From NCBI RefSeq assembly GCF_050320075.1, contig NZ_CP190018.1: 64,000 nt of DNA; one strand, 5' to 3'. Every line of letters begins with the position of its first letter. The stretch's first letter is position 1. The notes beneath the pieces were generated by a model. That model searched no databases. It was not told the DNA's origin and saw only the letters and a program-made list of their open reading frames with translations. The DNA comes from Escherichia coli. Its GTDB lineage: Bacteria > Pseudomonadota > Gammaproteobacteria > Enterobacterales > Enterobacteriaceae. Shown here in pieces: positions 39,067 to 54,733 of this stretch. A program made the position numbers and the translations under genes.

Positions 39067-40470
39067 GTGTCACTTTCGCTTTGGCAGCAGTGTCTTGCCC
39101 GATTGCAGGATGAGTTACCAGCCACAGAATTCAGTATGTGGATACGCCCATTGCAGGCGGAACTGAGCGATAACACGCTGGCCCTGTACGCGCCAAATCG
39201 TTTTGTCCTCGATTGGGTACGGGACAAGTACCTTAATAATATCAATGGACTGCTAACCAGTTTCTGCGGAGCGGATGCCCCACAGCTGCGTTTTGAAGTC
39301 GGCACCAAACCGGTGACGCAAACGCCACAAGCGGCAGTGACGAGCAACGTCGCGGCCCCTGCACAGGTGGCGCAAACGCAGCCGCAACGTGCTGCGCCTT
39401 CTACGCGCTCAGGTTGGGATAACGTCCCGGCCCCGGCAGAACCGACCTATCGTTCTAACGTAAACGTCAAACACACGTTTGATAACTTCGTTGAAGGTAA
39501 ATCTAACCAACTGGCGCGCGCGGCGGCTCGCCAGGTGGCAGATAACCCTGGCGGTGCCTATAACCCGTTGTTCCTTTATGGCGGCACGGGTCTGGGTAAA
39601 ACTCACCTGCTGCATGCGGTGGGTAACGGCATTATGGCGCGCAAGCCGAATGCCAAAGTGGTTTATATGCACTCCGAGCGCTTTGTTCAGGACATGGTTA
39701 AAGCCCTGCAAAACAACGCGATCGAAGAGTTTAAACGCTACTACCGTTCCGTAGATGCACTGCTGATCGACGATATTCAGTTTTTTGCTAATAAAGAACG
39801 ATCTCAGGAAGAGTTTTTCCACACCTTCAACGCCCTGCTGGAAGGTAATCAACAGATCATTCTCACCTCGGATCGCTATCCGAAAGAGATCAACGGCGTT
39901 GAGGATCGTTTGAAATCCCGCTTCGGCTGGGGGCTGACTGTGGCGATCGAACCGCCAGAGCTGGAAACCCGCGTGGCGATCCTGATGAAAAAGGCCGACG
40001 AAAACGACATTCGTTTGCCGGGCGAAGTGGCGTTCTTTATCGCCAAGCGTCTACGATCTAACGTACGTGAGCTGGAAGGCGCGCTGAACCGCGTTATTGC
40101 TAACGCCAACTTTACCGGACGGGCGATCACCATCGACTTCGTGCGTGAGGCGCTGCGCGACTTGCTGGCATTGCAGGAAAAACTGGTCACCATCGACAAT
40201 ATTCAGAAGACGGTGGCGGAGTACTACAAGATCAAAGTCGCGGATCTCCTTTCCAAGCGTCGATCCCGCTCGGTGGCGCGTCCGCGCCAGATGGCGATGG
40301 CGCTGGCGAAAGAGCTGACTAACCACAGTCTGCCGGAGATTGGCGATGCGTTTGGTGGCCGTGACCACACGACGGTGCTTCATGCCTGCCGTAAGATCGA
40401 GCAGCTGCGTGAAGAGAGCCACGATATCAAAGAAGATTTTTCCAATTTAATCAGAACATTGTCATCGTAA
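39067..40470 (+). CDS. dnaA: Chromosomal replication initiator DnaA
   Basis: GTG start giving [22 protein letters not shown]... with AAA+ Walker [11 protein letters not shown]. Track ORF extends 4 codons upstream. Confidence 0.96.
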
Positions 40471-40474
40471 ACCT

Positions 40475-41574
40475 ATGAAATTTACCGTAGAACGTGAGCA
40501 TTTATTAAAACCGCTACAACAGGTGAGCGGGCCGTTAGGTGGTCGTCCTACGCTACCGATTCTCGGTAATCTGCTGTTACAGGTTGCTGACGGTACGTTG
40601 TCGCTGACCGGTACTGATCTCGAGATGGAAATGGTGGCACGCGTTGCGCTGGTTCAGCCACACGAACCAGGGGCGACGACCGTTCCGGCGCGCAAATTCT
40701 TTGATATCTGCCGTGGTCTGCCTGAAGGCGCGGAAATTGCCGTGCAGCTGGAAGGTGAGCGTATGCTGGTGCGCTCCGGGCGTAGCCGTTTTTCGCTGTC
40801 TACCCTGCCAGCCGCGGATTTCCCGAACCTCGATGACTGGCAGAGCGAAGTCGAATTTACCCTGCCGCAGGCGACGATGAAGCGTCTGATTGAAGCGACC
40901 CAGTTTTCTATGGCGCATCAGGACGTTCGCTATTACTTAAACGGTATGCTGTTTGAAACCGAAGGCGAAGAACTGCGCACCGTGGCGACCGACGGCCACC
41001 GCCTGGCGGTCTGCTCCATGCCAATTGGTCAATCTTTGCCAAGCCATTCGGTGATCGTGCCGCGTAAAGGCGTGATTGAACTGATGCGTATGCTCGACGG
41101 CGGCGACAATCCGCTGCGCGTGCAGATTGGCAGCAACAACATTCGCGCCCACGTTGGCGACTTTATCTTCACCTCGAAACTGGTGGATGGTCGCTTCCCG
41201 GATTACCGACGCGTTCTGCCGAAGAACCCAGACAAACATCTGGAAGCAGGCTGCGATCTCCTCAAGCAGGCGTTTGCTCGCGCGGCAATTCTCTCTAACG
41301 AGAAATTCCGCGGTGTGCGCCTGTATGTCAGCGAAAACCAGCTGAAAATCACCGCCAATAACCCGGAACAGGAAGAAGCGGAAGAGATCCTCGACGTTAC
41401 CTATAGCGGTGCGGAGATGGAAATCGGCTTCAACGTCAGCTATGTGCTGGATGTTCTGAACGCGCTGAAATGTGAAAACGTGCGCATGATGCTGACCGAT
41501 TCGGTTTCCAGCGTGCAGATTGAAGATGCCGCATCACAGTCGGCTGCCTATGTTGTCATGCCAATGAGACTGTA

Positions 41575-41575
<1 letters not shown>
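40475..41575 (+). CDS. dnaN: DNA polymerase III beta sliding clamp
   Basis: 366 aa [21 protein letters not shown]... Confidence 0.96.
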
Positions 41576-45091
<3,516 letters not shown>

Positions 45092-45104
45092 TGACGTTAA
45101 CAAT

Positions 45105-45215
45105 GCGAGCGTGCCTGATGCGCTACGCTTATCAGGCCTACGAGACTCGTGCAATATATTGAATTTGCATGATTTTGTAGGCCGGATCAGACGTTAACGC
45201 CGCATCCGGCAAGAA
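45105..45215. repeat. REP element cluster downstream of gyrB
   Basis: Two REP-like palindromes (gtgcctgatgcgctacgcttatcaggcctacg and gtaggccggatcagacgttaacgccgcatccggca) in opposite orientation. Confidence 0.7.
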
Positions 45216-45330
45216 GCTATAAGAAAAGGGCGGAGATCATCTTCGCCCTTTTTATTTCTGCAATCCGCAATTATCATCCCGCAGATCTATACTTTTTGAG
45301 TCAACACGTAACGCTTTACAGGTGATTATC

Positions 45331-45729
45331 ATGGGGCTTTTTGATGAAGTTGTCGGTGCCTTTCTGAAAGGCGATGCGGGGAAATATCAGGCCATTTTGA
45401 GCTGGGTTGAGGAGCAGGGCGGCATTCAGGTGCTGCTGGAAAAACTGCAAAGTGGCGGTTTAGGTGCCATTCTCTCAACCTGGCTGAGTAATCAACAGGG
45501 CAACCAACCAGTTAGCGGCGAGCAACTGGAATCAGCGCTCGGCACAAATGCGGTGTCCGATCTCGGGCAAAAACTGGGCGTGGATACCAGTACAGCTTCC
45601 AGTTTACTGGCAGAACAATTGCCGAAGATTATTGATGCACTCTCACCGCAAGGTGAAGTGACAACACAAGCCAATAACGATCTGCTTTCCGCAGGCATGG
45701 AACTGCTGAAAGGGAAACTCTTCCGCTAA
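45331..45729 (+). CDS. yidB: DUF937-family protein YidB
   Basis: 132 aa starting MGLFDEVVGAFLKGDAGKYQAIL. Track start is an upstream GTG. Confidence 0.85.
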   Translation: MGLFDEVVGAFLKGDAGKYQAILSWVEEQGGIQVLLEKLQSGGLGAILSTWLSNQQGNQPVSGEQLESALGTNAVSDLGQKLGVDTSTASSLLAEQLPKIIDALSPQGEVTTQANNDLLSAGMELLKGKLFR

Positions 45730-45843
45730 GCAAAAGGGGAGCATGCAACGCGCGTTGCATCCCCCTTTTCCCTCGGGTGTTGTACTGATTTTTGAGCGGA
45801 ATCGCGTTAGCATGGGTCAGGAACCAATCTACCTGGGGAACTC

Positions 45844-46656
45844 ATGGCTATCAAACTCATTGCTATCGATATGGATGGCACCCTTCTGCTGCCCGATCAC
45901 ACCATTTCACCTGCCGTTAAAAATGCGATTGCTGCAGCTCGCGCCCGTGGCGTGAATGTCGTGCTAACGACGGGTCGCCCTTATGCAGGTGTTCACAATT
46001 ACCTGAAAGAGCTGCATATGGAACAGCCGGGCGACTACTGCATTACTTACAACGGTGCGCTGGTGCAGAAGGCCGCTGATGGTAGCACCGTGGCGCAAAC
46101 CGCTCTCAGCTATGACGACTACCGTTTCCTGGAAAAACTCTCTCGCGAAGTCGGTTCTCATTTCCACGCCCTGGACCGCACCACGCTGTATACAGCAAAT
46201 CGCGATATCAGCTACTACACGGTGCATGAATCCTTCGTTGCCACCATTCCGCTGGTGTTCTGCGAAGCGGAGAAAATGGACCCCAATACCCAGTTCCTGA
46301 AAGTGATGATGATTGATGAACCCGCCATCCTCGACCAGGCTATCGCGCGTATTCCGCAGGAAGTGAAAGAGAAATATACCGTGCTGAAAAGTGCGCCGTA
46401 CTTCCTCGAAATCCTCGATAAACGTGTTAACAAGGGTACGGGTGTGAAATCACTGGCCGACGTGTTAGGTATTAAACCGGAAGAAATCATGGCGATTGGC
46501 GATCAGGAAAACGACATCGCAATGATTGAATATGCAGGCGTCGGTGTGGCGATGGATAACGCTATTCCTTCGGTGAAAGAAGTGGCGAACTTTGTCACCA
46601 AATCCAACCTTGAAGATGGCGTGGCATTTGCTATTGAGAAGTATGTGCTGAATTAA
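45844..46656 (+). CDS. yidA: HAD-superfamily sugar phosphatase (Cof-type)
   Basis: 270 aa with HAD motif I IAIDMDGTLL. Confidence 0.9.
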   Translation: MAIKLIAIDMDGTLLLPDHTISPAVKNAIAAARARGVNVVLTTGRPYAGVHNYLKELHMEQPGDYCITYNGALVQKAADGSTVAQTALSYDDYRFLEKLSREVGSHFHALDRTTLYTANRDISYYTVHESFVATIPLVFCEAEKMDPNTQFLKVMMIDEPAILDQAIARIPQEVKEKYTVLKSAPYFLEILDKRVNKGTGVKSLADVLGIKPEEIMAIGDQENDIAMIEYAGVGVAMDNAIPSVKEVANFVTKSNLEDGVAFAIEKYVLN

Positions 46657-46699
46657 TCAGTGAACGGGCAAACGGCATGAATGCGTTTGCCCGCAGCGA

Positions 46700-47356
46700 T
46701 TAACAATTTCTGGTCGTGCATAAAATCAGGAACTGGAGTGGTGACGTTACTATATCCAGCGTAAGAGTGACTGGCAGCAGCGCATTAACGAGGCCGCGCG
46801 GGACGCCATCTGTTGCTTTGTACTCATAAAATCCCACCGTAAAGGGTTGATGGAAAACCATCACGTTTGAGTAATCCGCTTTTTTATTTTTCTGGTGGAT
46901 TGAGCCTGTCAAACCGTCCAGCATCCATGTACAACGCCGGGTATCACAAATAAAACCATATTGTGTTGCCAGTGCCTTATCTTCTTCGTTGTTCCAGTCG
47001 TAATAGAGCGTAATAGCACCAGAGAAATTTTTATTACTGCTGCTTAAAATAAATTTCGCGTTATCAGAAACGGTGATTCTTTCACCATGAATTGCCGGAT
47101 CGTTCAGCATTTTAACCACCTTATCGCCGCCGGTGGTCAACAGATAGTCCAACGATTCACCAACAAAAACATAGCCTTTCGTACCGTTACTATCTTCTGC
47201 CAGCGATAAACCCTTAATCGTGTCTGACCGCCATTGCTCGGCATGTGGACGGCTTGCAGTATTGGAAACCAATCCCCAAGTGATACATCCGGTCAACGCA
47301 AATGCCAAAGAACACAAACCGGCAGCCTTAAAAAATCCCTTAAAATTCAACTTCAT
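46700..47356 (-). CDS. yidX: Putative lipoprotein YidX
   Basis: Signal peptide with lipobox ([24 protein letters not shown]) beginning at the ATG at 47356. Track ORF extends a further 39 codons upstream. Confidence 0.8.
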   Translation of the reverse strand: MKLNFKGFFKAAGLCSLAFALTGCITWGLVSNTASRPHAEQWRSDTIKGLSLAEDSNGTKGYVFVGESLDYLLTTGGDKVVKMLNDPAIHGERITVSDNAKFILSSSNKNFSGAITLYYDWNNEEDKALATQYGFICDTRRCTWMLDGLTGSIHQKNKKADYSNVMVFHQPFTVGFYEYKATDGVPRGLVNALLPVTLTLDIVTSPLQFLILCTTRNC

Positions 47357-47489
47357 GATTAATCCTTTAAACGAGTAGCTAAGCCGTTGAAAGCATACTC
47401 TTCTTTCCCTCCTGTTTAGCGCCTGACATCCCTTTTCAGATTTCTGCCCGACGCATGTCATTTTTTTATGCATTGTTCTTTTTGTGATC

Positions 47490-47575
47490 TAAATTGTAGT
47501 ACAACAATATAAGTTTGTACTACATTACGCACACGGCAAACGCGAACGTCATCACGCTAGTACTACAAAGTTGCC
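47490..47575 (+). promoter_or_regulatory. Putative DgoR operator / dgo promoter region
   Basis: Inverted repeats TTGTAGTACA ... TGTACTACA and a third TAGTACTACAA copy, 60-140 bp upstream of dgoR. Typical of GntR/FadR-type operators. Confidence 0.55.
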
Positions 47576-47633
47576 GCGTTATGCATCGATCGGGGTAAAG
47601 TAGAGAAGAACATACAGAGCACAAGGACTCTCC

Positions 47634-48323
47634 ATGACTCTCAATAAAACCGATCGCATTGTCATTACGCTGGGTAAACAGATCGTTCACGGCAAATACG
47701 TACCAGGCTCGCCGCTTCCGGCTGAGGCGGAGCTCTGTGAAGAGTTTGCAACCTCGCGCAACATCATCCGTGAGGTGTTCCGTTCGCTGATGGCGAAGCG
47801 GCTGATTGAAATGAAACGTTATCGCGGCGCGTTTGTGGCACCGCGTAACCAGTGGAATTACCTCGACACTGACGTACTGCAATGGGTGCTGGAAAACGAC
47901 TACGACCCACGACTTATCAGTGCCATGAGCGAAGTGCGAAATCTGGTGGAACCGGCGATTGCCCGTTGGGCAGCAGAGCGCGCGACCTCCAGCGATCTGG
48001 CGCAGATTGAATCGGCGCTGAACGAGATGATTGCCAACAATCAGGACCGCGAAGCGTTTAACGAAGCGGATATTCGCTACCACGAGGCGGTGCTGCAGTC
48101 GGTGCATAACCCGGTGTTACAGCAACTTAGCATTGCGATCAGTTCGCTGCAGCGGGCGGTTTTTGAACGAACCTGGATGGGCGATGAGGCCAACATGCCG
48201 CAAACGCTCCAGGAACATAAGGCGCTGTTCGATGCGATACGGCATCAGGACGGCGATGCGGCAGAGCAGGCGGCGCTTACCATGATCGCTAGCTCGACAC
48301 GAAGGTTAAAGGAAATCACATGA
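47634..48323 (+). CDS. dgoR: GntR/FadR-family repressor of the D-galactonate operon
   Basis: 229 aa with N-terminal winged HTH, first gene of the dgo cluster. Confidence 0.9.
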   Translation: MTLNKTDRIVITLGKQIVHGKYVPGSPLPAEAELCEEFATSRNIIREVFRSLMAKRLIEMKRYRGAFVAPRNQWNYLDTDVLQWVLENDYDPRLISAMSEVRNLVEPAIARWAAERATSSDLAQIESALNEMIANNQDREAFNEADIRYHEAVLQSVHNPVLQQLSIAISSLQRAVFERTWMGDEANMPQTLQEHKALFDAIRHQDGDAAEQAALTMIASSTRRLKEIT

Positions 48324-49198
48324 CAGCTCGCTACATCGCAATTGACTGGGGATCGACCAATCTGCGCGCCTGGCTTTATCATGGCGACCACTGCCTGGAG
48401 AGCAGGCAATCAGAAGCAGGCGTCACGCGTCTGAACGGAAAATCTCCGGCTGCGGTGTTAGCAGAAGTGACGACCGACTGGCGTGAAGAGAATACGCCAG
48501 TGGTAATGGCAGGAATGGTCGGCAGCAATGTCGGCTGGAAAGTTGCACCGTATTTATCCGTTCCTGCCCGTTTTTCGTCTATTGGCGAACAATTAACGTC
48601 GGTTGGCGACAATATCTGGATTATTCCCGGATTATGCGTCTCTCATGACGATAACCATAATGTGATGCGCGGCGAAGAAACACAATTGATCGGCGCGCGT
48701 GCTCTGGCTCCTTCCTCTCTTTATGTCATGCCCGGTACGCATTGCAAATGGGTGCAGGCCGATAGCCAGCAAATCAACGATTTTCGCACCGTGATGACCG
48801 GTGAATTACATCATTTACTGTTAAATCACTCATTGATTGGCGCAGGTTTGCCGCCGCAGGAAAACTCTGCCGATGCCTTCGCGGCTGGTCTTGAGCGTGG
48901 CCTTAATGCTCCCGCCATATTGCCGCAGATTTTTGAAGTTCGCGCCTCGCATGTGCTGGGAACACTTCCCCGAGAACAGGTCAGCGAATTTCTCTCTGGT
49001 TTGTTGATTGGCGCAGAGGTTGCCAGTATGCGCGACTATGTGGCCCATCAACACGCCATCACCCTTGTCGCCGGAACATCGCTGACCGCGCGCTACCAGC
49101 AAGCCTTTCAGGCGATGGGTTGCGATGTGGCGGCGGTGGCGGGCGACACGGCATTTCAGGCTGGTATAAGGAGCATCGCTCATGCAGTGGCAAACTAA
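48320..49198 (+). CDS. dgoK: 2-dehydro-3-deoxygalactonokinase
   Basis: 292 aa, start overlaps the dgoR stop. Confidence 0.9.
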   Translation: MTARYIAIDWGSTNLRAWLYHGDHCLESRQSEAGVTRLNGKSPAAVLAEVTTDWREENTPVVMAGMVGSNVGWKVAPYLSVPARFSSIGEQLTSVGDNIWIIPGLCVSHDDNHNVMRGEETQLIGARALAPSSLYVMPGTHCKWVQADSQQINDFRTVMTGELHHLLLNHSLIGAGLPPQENSADAFAAGLERGLNAPAILPQIFEVRASHVLGTLPREQVSEFLSGLLIGAEVASMRDYVAHQHAITLVAGTSLTARYQQAFQAMGCDVAAVAGDTAFQAGIRSIAHAVAN

Positions 49199-49799
49199 AC
49201 TCCCGCTGATCGCCATTTTGCGCGGCATTACGCCCGACGAGGCGCTGGCGCATGTTGGCGCGGTGATTGACGCCGGGTTCGACGCGGTTGAAATCCCGCT
49301 GAATTCCCCACAATGGGAGCAGAGCATTCCCGCCATCGTTGATGCGTATGGCGACAAGGCGTTGATTGGCGCAGGTACGGTACTGAAACCTGAACAGGTC
49401 GATGTGCTCGCCAGGATGGGCTGCCAGCTCATCGTTACGCCCAATATCCATAGTGAAGTGATCCGCCGTGTGGTGGGCTACGGCATGACCGTTTGCCCCG
49501 GCTGCGCGACGGCGACCGAAGCCTTTACCGCGCTCGACGCGGGTGCGCAGGCGCTGAAAATATTCCCTTCATCGGCTTTTGGTCCGCAATACATCAAAGC
49601 GTTAAAAGCGGTATTACCACCGGACATCGCAGTCTTTGCCGTTGGCGGCGTGACGCCAGAAAACCTGGCGCAGTGGATAGACGCAGGTTGTGCAGGGGCA
49701 GGCTTAGGCAGCGATCTCTATCGCGCCGGGCAGTCCATAGAACGCACCGCGCAGCAGGCAGCAGCATTTGTTAAGGCGTATCGAGAGGCAGTGCAATGA
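49182..49799 (+). CDS. dgoA: 2-dehydro-3-deoxy-6-phosphogalactonate aldolase
   Basis: 205-aa KDPG-aldolase-family protein overlapping dgoK. Confidence 0.9.
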   Translation: MQWQTKLPLIAILRGITPDEALAHVGAVIDAGFDAVEIPLNSPQWEQSIPAIVDAYGDKALIGAGTVLKPEQVDVLARMGCQLIVTPNIHSEVIRRVVGYGMTVCPGCATATEAFTALDAGAQALKIFPSSAFGPQYIKALKAVLPPDIAVFAVGGVTPENLAQWIDAGCAGAGLGSDLYRAGQSIERTAQQAAAFVKAYREAVQ

Positions 49800-50944
49800 A
49801 AATCACCAAAATTACCACGTATCGTTTACCTCCCCGCTGGATGTTCCTGAAAATTGAAACCGATGAAGGCGTGGTCGGCTGGGGCGAGCCCGTGATCGAA
49901 GGCCGCGCCCGTACAGTGGAAGCGGCAGTTCACGAACTGAGCGACTATTTGATTGGTCAGGATCCATCGCGCATCAATGACTTATGGCAAGTGATGTATC
50001 GCGCCGGATTTTATCGTGGCGGTCCAATCCTGATGAGCGCTATCGCCGGGATCGACCAGGCGTTATGGGATATCAAAGGCAAAGTGCTGAATACGCCGGT
50101 GTGGCAACTGATGGGCGGCCTGGTTCGCGACAAAATTAAAGCCTACAGTTGGGTCGGCGGCGATCGTCCGGCGGATGTTATCGACGGCATTAAAACCCTG
50201 CGCGAAATCGGCTTCGATACCTTCAAACTGAACGGTTGTGAAGAACTGGGGCTAATTGATAACTCCCGCGCGGTAGATGCGGCAGTCAACACCGTGGCAC
50301 AAATTCGTGAAGCTTTTGGCAATCAGATTGAGTTTGGTCTTGATTTCCACGGTCGCGTCAGCGCGCCGATGGCGAAAGTGCTGATTAAAGAACTGGAGCC
50401 GTATCGCCCGCTGTTTATTGAAGAGCCGGTGCTGGCGGAACAAGCCGAATACTACCCGAAACTGGCGGCACAAACGCATATTCCACTGGCGGCGGGTGAA
50501 CGCATGTTCTCACGCTTCGATTTTAAACGCGTGCTGGAGGCGGGCGGTATTTCGATTCTGCAACCAGATCTCTCTCATGCAGGCGGTATTACCGAATGCT
50601 ACAAAATTGCCGGAATGGCAGAAGCCTATGACGTGACCCTTGCGCCGCACTGTCCGCTCGGACCGATTGCACTGGCGGCTTGTCTGCATATCGACTTTGT
50701 TTCCTATAACGCCGTACTTCAGGAACAAAGTATGGGAATTCATTACAACAAAGGCGCGGAGTTACTCGACTTTGTGAAAAACAAAGAAGACTTCAGCATG
50801 GTCGGCGGTTTCTTTAAACCATTAACGAAACCGGGCTTAGGCGTGGAAATCGACGAAGCTAAAGTTATTGAGTTCAGTAAAAATGCCCCGGACTGGCGTA
50901 ATCCGCTCTGGCGTCATGAAGATAACAGCGTAGCAGAGTGGTAA
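49796..50944 (+). CDS. dgoD: D-galactonate dehydratase (enolase superfamily)
   Basis: 382 aa [32 protein letters not shown]... Confidence 0.93.
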   Translation: MKITKITTYRLPPRWMFLKIETDEGVVGWGEPVIEGRARTVEAAVHELSDYLIGQDPSRINDLWQVMYRAGFYRGGPILMSAIAGIDQALWDIKGKVLNTPVWQLMGGLVRDKIKAYSWVGGDRPADVIDGIKTLREIGFDTFKLNGCEELGLIDNSRAVDAAVNTVAQIREAFGNQIEFGLDFHGRVSAPMAKVLIKELEPYRPLFIEEPVLAEQAEYYPKLAAQTHIPLAAGERMFSRFDFKRVLEAGGISILQPDLSHAGGITECYKIAGMAEAYDVTLAPHCPLGPIALAACLHIDFVSYNAVLQEQSMGIHYNKGAELLDFVKNKEDFSMVGGFFKPLTKPGLGVEIDEAKVIEFSKNAPDWRNPLWRHEDNSVAEW

Positions 50945-51063
50945 TTCCTGCCACGTAAGCCCCTCATCGGGCACTAAAACAGCAATACAAAAATATAACC
51001 CTCTGTAAATTACAGGGCATGGTGAGCGGCTTCGCTATGCCCAAAATCTGGAGAAAGCTCGCT

Positions 51064-52356
51064 ATGGATATTCCCGTTAATGCAGCAAAGCCGGGGCGTC
51101 GGCGTTATCTGACGCTGGTGATGATCTTTATTACGGTGGTCATTTGTTATGTTGACCGCGCTAACCTGGCCGTGGCTTCCGCCCATATTCAGGAAGAGTT
51201 CGGTATTACGAAAGCGGAAATGGGCTATGTATTTTCGGCCTTCGCCTGGCTTTATACGTTATGCCAGATCCCCGGCGGTTGGTTTTTAGATCGCGTAGGT
51301 TCTCGCGTGACTTATTTTATTGCGATATTTGGCTGGTCAGTGGCGACGTTATTCCAGGGCTTTGCCACGGGATTAATGTCATTAATTGGTCTGCGCGCGA
51401 TAACCGGTATTTTCGAAGCGCCCGCTTTCCCGACCAATAACCGGATGGTGACCAGCTGGTTCCCGGAACATGAACGCGCTTCCGCCGTTGGTTTTTATAC
51501 GTCTGGTCAGTTTGTCGGTCTGGCGTTTTTGACTCCGCTGCTGATCTGGATTCAGGAGATGTTGAGCTGGCACTGGGTGTTCATTGTCACCGGTGGTATC
51601 GGCATTATCTGGTCGCTGATTTGGTTTAAGGTTTATCAGCCGCCGCGCCTGACCAAAGGCATCAGCAACGCTGAACTGGATTACATTCGTGATGGCGGCG
51701 GTCTGGTGGATGGTGATGCGCCGGTGAAGAAAGAGGCGCGTCAGCCGTTAACAGCCAAAGACTGGAAACTGGTGTTCCATCGTAAACTGATTGGCGTCTA
51801 TCTTGGGCAATTTGCGGTGGCTTCTACACTGTGGTTTTTCTTAACCTGGTTCCCGAACTATTTAACCCAGGAAAAAGGAATCACGGCGCTGAAAGCAGGC
51901 TTTATGACCACGGTGCCATTCCTCGCGGCGTTTGTCGGCGTCCTGCTCTCTGGCTGGGTCGCGGATCTGCTGGTACGTAAGGGCTTTTCACTGGGCTTTG
52001 CGCGTAAAACGCCGATTATCTGCGGCTTGCTGATCTCCACCTGCATTATGGGCGCTAACTACACTAACGATCCGATGATGATTATGTGCCTGATGGCGCT
52101 GGCATTCTTCGGCAACGGTTTTGCTTCGATTACCTGGTCGCTGGTCTCTTCTCTGGCACCGATGCGCCTGATTGGTTTAACCGGCGGCGTGTTTAACTTT
52201 GCCGGTGGTCTGGGCGGCATCACCGTTCCGCTGGTGGTGGGTTACCTGGCGCAGGGTTACGGTTTCGCGCCTGCACTGGTTTATATCTCCGCCGTCGCGT
52301 TGATTGGCGCGCTCTCATACATCCTGCTGGTGGGCGATGTGAAACGCGTTGGCTAA
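51064..52356 (+). CDS. dgoT: D-galactonate:H+ symporter (MFS)
   Basis: MFS transporter starting [22 protein letters not shown] at the ATG at 51064. Track start 51019 is upstream. Confidence 0.9.
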   Translation: MDIPVNAAKPGRRRYLTLVMIFITVVICYVDRANLAVASAHIQEEFGITKAEMGYVFSAFAWLYTLCQIPGGWFLDRVGSRVTYFIAIFGWSVATLFQGFATGLMSLIGLRAITGIFEAPAFPTNNRMVTSWFPEHERASAVGFYTSGQFVGLAFLTPLLIWIQEMLSWHWVFIVTGGIGIIWSLIWFKVYQPPRLTKGISNAELDYIRDGGGLVDGDAPVKKEARQPLTAKDWKLVFHRKLIGVYLGQFAVASTLWFFLTWFPNYLTQEKGITALKAGFMTTVPFLAAFVGVLLSGWVADLLVRKGFSLGFARKTPIICGLLISTCIMGANYTNDPMMIMCLMALAFFGNGFASITWSLVSSLAPMRLIGLTGGVFNFAGGLGGITVPLVVGYLAQGYGFAPALVYISAVALIGALSYILLVGDVKRVG

Positions 52357-53417
52357 TCTTTCAACTGTGGAATATGCGCCACACCACTGCGCATAATCCA
52401 CTTTCTTAAAGCCGGTGCGGTCAGGCATCGGCTTTTTACTATTTTGCCGAAGAGTTTTAAACGCAGTTTGCGGGTGGCGCGCCAGTAGGCGGCGTTGCTC
52501 TTCTCCGGCTGCTTCAGTAACACCGAACGCAGAATCTCTGCGCTATCCAGCGCATAGCTAATCCCCTCCAGCGAACTGGCGCTGATAAATCCCGCCGCTT
52601 CACCAATCAGAAAGGCGTTGTCCTTACCGCAGACAAAATCCTGCCAGCGTGAGGGAAACAGCACGGTACATTTCTCGCTTTTCACCGCTTTGCCAAACTG
52701 GAACTGAAAGGCGTTCATTTTCTCTTTCAGCGTCGTGAAACGCGTCTGACCGTCTTTCATGGGATAGGCACCGCCAAAGATAAAATAACCGTCTTTGCTG
52801 ATACTCCATGAGTAACAGTCAGTTATCGCATTATCAAAGATGCAGGAGTAGAACGGCACCGGATGTTTCTCTGCGAACCACTGCTGGATAGCGACATATT
52901 TACGAATTTGATGATCCGGGTAGAGATGTCGCCGCACCATCGAGTTTGCGCCATCGGCACCGACCAGATAGCGGGCAGTAATATGCTGCTCCCAACCGTC
53001 TGCACGAAAAATGACATGCCATTTATCATCCTCACGCCAGATTTTTCGGCACAGGCTGTCGTGGTAAACCTCAACGCTGGCGGGGATCAGCGATTTCATC
53101 CACAAGTCGAAAGCATGGCGATTAATATTGATATAGCTTCGCTGGTAGTTACGCGTGAACGATGCGGCAACGTCGACAGTTTTGACGCTGAAAATCTGTG
53201 GATTGGCGATCACATCGACAGGAAGCGTCAGTCCATCGCGAATAAAAGATCGCTGCGCGTCCGGTGCCAGCAGACCGCCGCAAGGTTTGCTGAAACCTTC
53301 AGTACCACACTGGTGCTTTTTATCCAGCGCGATCACCTGCATTTTGCCTGCTAACTTTCGTGCCAACGCCGACCCTGCCGGGCCGAGGCCAATAATCGCC
53401 ACGTCGAAATGTTCCAT
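52353..53417 (-). CDS. cbrA: FAD-dependent oxidoreductase, colicin M resistance protein CbrA
   Basis: FAD dinucleotide-binding motif [15 protein letters not shown] near the N-terminus. Start chosen at MEHFDVAII; track ORF extends 7 codons upstream. Confidence 0.85.
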   Translation of the reverse strand: MEHFDVAIIGLGPAGSALARKLAGKMQVIALDKKHQCGTEGFSKPCGGLLAPDAQRSFIRDGLTLPVDVIANPQIFSVKTVDVAASFTRNYQRSYININRHAFDLWMKSLIPASVEVYHDSLCRKIWREDDKWHVIFRADGWEQHITARYLVGADGANSMVRRHLYPDHQIRKYVAIQQWFAEKHPVPFYSCIFDNAITDCYSWSISKDGYFIFGGAYPMKDGQTRFTTLKEKMNAFQFQFGKAVKSEKCTVLFPSRWQDFVCGKDNAFLIGEAAGFISASSLEGISYALDSAEILRSVLLKQPEKSNAAYWRATRKLRLKLFGKIVKSRCLTAPALRKWIMRSGVAHIPQLKD

Positions 53418-53481
53418 CTTTTCACTCACATTCATCACGATGGCGAAAGACTATTGTCTGAAAGTGAAGTCCTTGTGAAGT

Positions 53482-54732
53482 ATGATGGCGGGAACCGTTT
53501 TGTATCAGGACCGCGCCATGAAACAGATAACCTTTGCTCCCCGTAATCACCTGCTCACCAATACCAATACCTGGACGCCCGACAGCCAGTGGCTGGTATT
53601 TGACGTTCGTCCTTCAGGGGCGTCGTTTACCGGCGAGACCATTGAGCGTGTGAATATCCATACCGGCGAGGTCGAGGTTATCTATCGCGCGTCACAGGGC
53701 GCACACGTCGGCGTGGTGACCGTTCATCCGAAGTCAGAGAAGTATGTCTTCATCCACGGCCCGGAAAATCCTGATGAAACATGGCATTACGACTTCCATC
53801 ATCGGCGCGGAGTGATTGTTGAAGGCGGCAAGATGAGTAACCTTGATGCGATGGATATTACCGCGCCGTATACGCCAGGAGCGCTGCGCGGCGGCAGCCA
53901 TGTGCATGTCTTTAGCCCGAACGGTGAAAGGGTGAGCTTTACCTATAACGACCATGTAATGCATCAACTCTGCCCGGCGCTGGATTTGCGAAACGTCGGT
54001 GTTGCTGCACCGTTTGGCCCGGTCAACGTACAAAAGCAGCATCCGCGTGAATACAGCGGTAGCCACTGGTGCGTGCTGGTGAGTAAAACCACGCCCACGC
54101 CGCAGCCTGGCAGCGATGAAATCAATCGTGCTTATGAAGAAGGATGGGTAGGAAATCACGCGCTGGCGTTTATTGGCGACACACTTTCGCCAAAGGGCGA
54201 GAAAGTACCGGAGCTATTTATCGTTGAGTTACCGCAAGATGAAGCTGGCTGGAAAGCGGCAGGTGATGCGCCGTTAAGTGGAACGGAAACAACCCTGCCC
54301 GCGCCACCGCGCGGCGTCGTGCAGCGACGTTTAACCTTTACCCACCATCGGGCTTATCCGGGGTTAGTTAACGTCCCGCGCCACTGGGTGCGCTGTAATC
54401 CGCAGGGTACGCAAATCGCGTTTTTAATGCGTGATGATAACGGCATTGTGCAACTGTGGCTTATCTCGCCACAAGGCGGCGAGCCGCGCCAGTTAACCCA
54501 TAACAAAACGGATATTCAGTCTGCATTTAACTGGCATCCGTCAGGAGAATGGTTGGGCTTTGTGCTGGATAATCGAATTGCTTGCGCCCATGCGCAAAGC
54601 GGCGAGGTTGAGTATTTAACCGAAAACCACGCCAATCCACCTTCTGCGGACGCCGTGGTCTTCTCGCCGGATGGTCAGTGGCTGGCGTGGATGGAAGGCG
54701 GCCAGCTGTGGATCACCGAAACTGATCGCTAA
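53482..54732 (+). CDS. yidR: Beta-propeller-like protein YidR
   Basis: 416-aa ORF in the K-12 position of yidR. The true start may be the ATG at 53518 (MKQITFAPRNHL...). Confidence 0.8.
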   Translation: MMAGTVLYQDRAMKQITFAPRNHLLTNTNTWTPDSQWLVFDVRPSGASFTGETIERVNIHTGEVEVIYRASQGAHVGVVTVHPKSEKYVFIHGPENPDETWHYDFHHRRGVIVEGGKMSNLDAMDITAPYTPGALRGGSHVHVFSPNGERVSFTYNDHVMHQLCPALDLRNVGVAAPFGPVNVQKQHPREYSGSHWCVLVSKTTPTPQPGSDEINRAYEEGWVGNHALAFIGDTLSPKGEKVPELFIVELPQDEAGWKAAGDAPLSGTETTLPAPPRGVVQRRLTFTHHRAYPGLVNVPRHWVRCNPQGTQIAFLMRDDNGIVQLWLISPQGGEPRQLTHNKTDIQSAFNWHPSGEWLGFVLDNRIACAHAQSGEVEYLTENHANPPSADAVVFSPDGQWLAWMEGGQLWITETDR

Positions 54733-54733
54733 A

